A stretch of 63,175 nucleotides of DNA, counting the filler, from Saprolegnia diclina VS20 (lineage: Eukaryota): assembly GCF_000281045.1 (NCBI RefSeq). It is 5 parts of 3 records of this genome, joined end to end, with 100 filler letters (N's around TTAATTAATTAA, not from the genome) between each part and the next. Parts side by side here need not be neighbours in the genome. Positions count along the whole stretch, not along the records: positions 44,721 to 61,128 come from NW_008246125.1; positions 61,229 to 63,175 come from NW_008246126.1; 3 more parts are not named here. One strand, 5' to 3'. Shown here piece by piece: positions 59,806 through 63,175 of this stretch; within the stretch, counting starts at the first letter, position 1; the number at the start of each line of letters is the position of its first letter. Below the pieces are notes generated by a model, which worked only from the letters and a program-made list of their open reading frames with translations, was not told the DNA's origin and did no database searches. The translations under genes and the position numbers were made by a program.

Positions 59806-61128
59806 CTAAAACAGAAACTCTTCCTTGTGAAAGTCAAAGCCACATTTCCGCGCGTGGCGCTGCGTGTCGGCAACGAGACCCGGCGGTCCACACGCAAGAA
59901 CGCACACCGATTTGCCAACGTACGCGATATTGTTGACAATCTCATCGAGCACCATGCGTCCAGGGTAGTAGATCACTGGACCCGACGACTCGCTCATGAC
60001 CTGCCCTTCGTCACTCGCTTTCGTCACGTAGAAGCGGTGATACAGCGACGCCGGCAACGGAAACATGAGGCGATCGGCGCACAAGAGCTCGCTCGCCTCG
60101 CGCACGCTCCAAAAGAGACGCAGCTTGTTCCCGACCTTGAGATTGACGTGTCGAAACTGGTTGACGAGGCTCAGCATCGGCGTCACGCCAATGCCGCCGG
60201 CCACCAGAAGGACCACGTCGTATCGTCCAAGGTCCAGCGACAGCTTGCCGTACGGCCCCCCGACCATGGTCGGCAGCGTCATCGCTTGCTGCGAGCGCGC
60301 ATACTGGAAGACGTCGTCGACGAAACGGTGTTTGGTCATGACCTTGAGGCAAAAGCCGATCGAGTTGCCATCCGGCGTCACGATGGCCGAGAACGGATGC
60401 CACTCCAGGCCCGAGACGCTGGGCACGCGGACGTAGAAGAACGACGACGGGTTCATGGTCGACGCCCAGCGCTTGGTCTGGTCGGTGGGAGGAAGCACAA
60501 GCGTCACGACGTTTTCCGCCGTCACATCGACCCGGGCGTCAAATGTCTGGCAAAACGCGCGCAGCCGGAGGACGCCCGAGAGATCGTACACGACGAGCGG
60601 CAAAAGCATCATGTACCGCACGACCGTGCTGTGCAAGAGAAGTGCCACGAGCCCGATGAGCGAGAAGACGCGGTGGTGGAGCTGGAAGAGAGCGTAGAAG
60701 CGGCGGCGGATCGGTTCGTAGCCGCCAATCACGAGCGTGAGAAAGCACCCGAGCGCGACCAAGCCCGCGAGCGGAATGACTTGGGTCTGGCCGTACACTT
60801 GGGTGCTGGCGGGACTCGTGAACTTCAGATTCAGAATCAAGTGCAGCACGCCAAAGACAAACGCGACGCGCGAGCCGCCCCGGTGAAACTTGAGAATACG
60901 GTCGTGCGAGATGCCAAAGAGAAAGTGCCAGTGCGGTCCGCGCGCGATCGGGAGCAGTGCAAACATGAGACTGATGAGCGAGAGGTGGCCCGAGATGAAC
61001 GCAAAGTTGGCATAGTTGAGGATCGGTGTCGGCGTCTGGAGGTACAGACCGACGCCCACAAGCGCCCCGAGAAAGAGCAGCACGATCACGACTTCACCGA
61101 TCTTGAGGTCGGCGAGAATTTGAACCAG
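59806..61128 (-). CDS. Ferric reductase paralogue (copy C), near-identical inverted copy of B, 5' part in a gap
   Basis: Reverse complement of 54867-56189 with scattered substitutions (6 amino-acid differences seen). Confidence 0.88.
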   Translation of the reverse strand: MVQILADLKIGEVVIVLLFLGALVGVGLYLQTPTPILNYANFAFISGHLSLISLMFALLPIARGPHWHFLFGISHDRILKFHRGGSRVAFVFGVLHLILNLKFTSPASTQVYGQTQVIPLAGLVALGCFLTLVIGGYEPIRRRFYALFQLHHRVFSLIGLVALLLHSTVVRYMMLLPLVVYDLSGVLRLRAFCQTFDARVDVTAENVVTLVLPPTDQTKRWASTMNPSSFFYVRVPSVSGLEWHPFSAIVTPDGNSIGFCLKVMTKHRFVDDVFQYARSQQAMTLPTMVGGPYGKLSLDLGRYDVVLLVAGGIGVTPMLSLVNQFRHVNLKVGNKLRLFWSVREASELLCADRLMFPLPASLYHRFYVTKASDEGQVMSESSGPVIYYPGRMVLDEIVNNIAYVGKSVCVLACGPPGLVADTQRHARKCGFDFHKEEFLF

Positions 61129-61718
61129 NNNNNNNNNNNNNNNNNNNNNNNNNNNNNNNNNNNNNNNNNNNNTTAATTAATTAANNNNNNNNNNNNNNNN
61201 NNNNNNNNNNNNNNNNNNNNNNNNNNNNCCAACATGTTATTCGTGGCATGCACCATAAAGAACCACAAATAACCACAAATAACAGCATTCACGACTGTGA
61301 TCGCTGCCCATCGTTTTGCAGCTGCTGTACATGTAGCGATTCCAGCTCTGAGAAATTAAGCTCACTCTCAACTTTGGCAGTTGTAGAAGAGAGTAATTGT
61401 CGTTGTATACAAGTGCCACCACTCGATTGCCTGAATGTAGCTGCCGTACAAAGTTGGTGCAGACAGGAACGCAACCAACCACGGTGCAGCGTACCTCGAA
61501 TCATGGCCCCTTGATACGTGATCCTGCCTAATGTGCTGCAAACACTGGCAGTCGGCGAGCTGGAATTCTGTGCGGGCAACACACTCTGGTACATACTCTG
61601 CCTTGCATCTGTTGAAAGATTCGGCAGTGCTCCTGCGTCCTCTGCCACACAGCCTCGCCTCTAGTCGTTTTGAGCCCGTGCACGTTTTCGACCACAAACC
61701 GATTCATTGCCTGCCGCC

Positions 61719-62571
61719 ATGAAGCTCCTTGCCTCGACGCTCCTCCTCGCCACCGCCGTCGCCAACGTCGACGCGCACGGCCGCATGGTGTTCCCGCCTC
61801 ACCGCGGCTACATCGGCAAGCTGCCCCAGTTCAAGGACCTCGTCCCCACCAACTACTCGGACCACGGCCTCAACGCCGGCGGCATCGGTGGCACGGCCGG
61901 CGGCAAGCACGGCGTGTGCGGCGACCCGTACACCGGCGCGCGCGACCACGAGACCGGCGGCATGTACGGTCTCTTCCCGACCCACGGGTCCAAGGTCGTT
62001 GGCGCCTGCTTCGCGCCCGGCGCCACCATCGACCTCAACATCCAGATCACGGCCAACCACAAGGGCTACTTTGAGTTTGGTCTCTGCAAGCTCAACGGCA
62101 AGGGCGACAAGGAGACCGAAGAGTGCTTCNNNNNNNNNNNNNNNNNNNNNNNNNNNNNNNNNNNNNNNNNNNNNNNNNNNNNNNNNNNNNNNNNNNNNNN
62201 NNNNNNNNNNNNNNNNNNNNNNNNNNNNNNNNNNNNNNNNNNNNNNNNNNNNNNNNNNNNNNNNNNNNNNNNNNNNNNNNNNNNNNNNNNNNNNNNNNNN
62301 NNNNNNNNNNNNNNNNNNNNNNNNNNNNNNNNNNNNNNNNNNNNNNNNNNNNNNNNNNNNNNNNNNNNNNNNNNNNNNNNNNNNNNNNNNNNNNNNNNNN
62401 NNNNNNNNNNNNNNNNNNNNNNNNNNNNNNNNNNNNNNNNNNNNNNNNNNNNNNNNNNNNNNNNNNNNNNNNNNNNNNNNNNACACGGGCAGCACCGAGT
62501 GCGTTGGCGGCAGCATCTGCGTCACGCAGGACGAGTGGTACTCGCAGTGCGTGCCCAAGCGTCTGCGCTAA
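61719..62571 (+). CDS. Secreted lytic polysaccharide monooxygenase (AA15-like) with C-terminal CBM1; middle in a gap
   Basis: Signal peptide ending VDA then His1 (HGRMVFPPHR), CGD, second His in ITANHKGYFEFGLC; C-terminal TECVGGSICVTQDEWYSQC is a CBM1 signature. Confidence 0.85.
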
Positions 62572-63175
62572 TCACAAGATGAGCTCTTAGCGCCCTTTCG
62601 ATGTAAATGTAGAAATGAATTGTGTGTATCGATCATGAGAATTTGCAATCATACAATAATGTCCTCGCCACGCTTAGCAACAACGACGATGTCAACGTCG
62701 GCTCCAGTAGTGGCCCTGGTGGTGCCAAAGCAGTGACGAGTTGCTGTTTTGTGTTCGAGGGTATTCAAGCACCAGTACAGCTAACGTTGCTAGACGAGCG
62801 CAATTGCAGAGATTGTCTCATCACTAACCGCCATCAAGGCAGCGACGATGGTACTGAGAAATTCTGGAGCTTCCTCCAGAGCACTTACTGAACGTGCTTG
62901 CGATCGCAGACCTTCCCGTAGTCCATGCAGCGACATGTTCTACTTCTTTGTCACGCAGCGCTAAGCGCTAGCGCATTATAAACATGGTAATACATGGTTG
63001 TGTCGTCGCAGAGCCGAGCACGACCACCACCCGTGGGCAGTTAGACCATTTCGACGACCAGGCGTGACAACACTTCGATCGTTTGAGCATGCTCATGACG
63101 AGACTCGTCTCACGACGATGCCTGACACAGCGAAATGCACGCGCGCACCAGGTCATGACCACGCATCCACAGGAG

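Noticed and set aside
1..63175. CRISPR arrays, rRNA genes, prokaryotic operons or defence systems
   Set aside because: No regularly spaced repeats or rRNA sequence seen; the window is intron-rich eukaryotic DNA

Overview
Eukaryotic, GC-rich, gene-dense DNA with many short (~40-55 nt) GT-AG introns. The gene content and Inr+FPR core promoters point to an oomycete, most likely Saprolegniales (inference). About 30 protein genes can be supported: GH72 glucanosyltransferase, amino-acid permease, strumpellin/WASHC5, helicase-associated-repeat protein, a putative elicitin-like/MLO-like membrane protein, multi-EF-hand protein, Ulp1/SENP protease, a divergent pair of HSF factors, MFS transporter, alpha/beta-hydrolase, signal-peptide aldo-keto reductase, cNMP-binding protein, BRCT-SWIM ATP-dependent DNA ligase, nucleoredoxin, RRM protein, Clp1-like kinase, two ankyrin proteins, three ferric-reductase paralogues, a stand-alone DHFR and an AA15-type LPMO with CBM1. 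The window also holds tRNA-Arg(TCG), a Ty1/copia element and an RTE-like LINE fragment. Several assembly gaps are present, four with artificial TTAATTAATTAA linkers. The strongest leads are: (1) a DOMON-ferric-reductase cluster beside an LPMO, a possible oomycete electron-donor system analogous to fungal CDH; (2) the elicitin-like plus MLO-like fusion next to an EF-hand gene; (3) the bacterial-type SWIM ligase with added BRCT domains; (4) near-identical inverted reductase copies around a monofunctional DHFR; (5) an unannotated ~170-180 bp non-coding element found twice, 27 kb apart. All family calls are by-eye motif recognition; no database searches were run.
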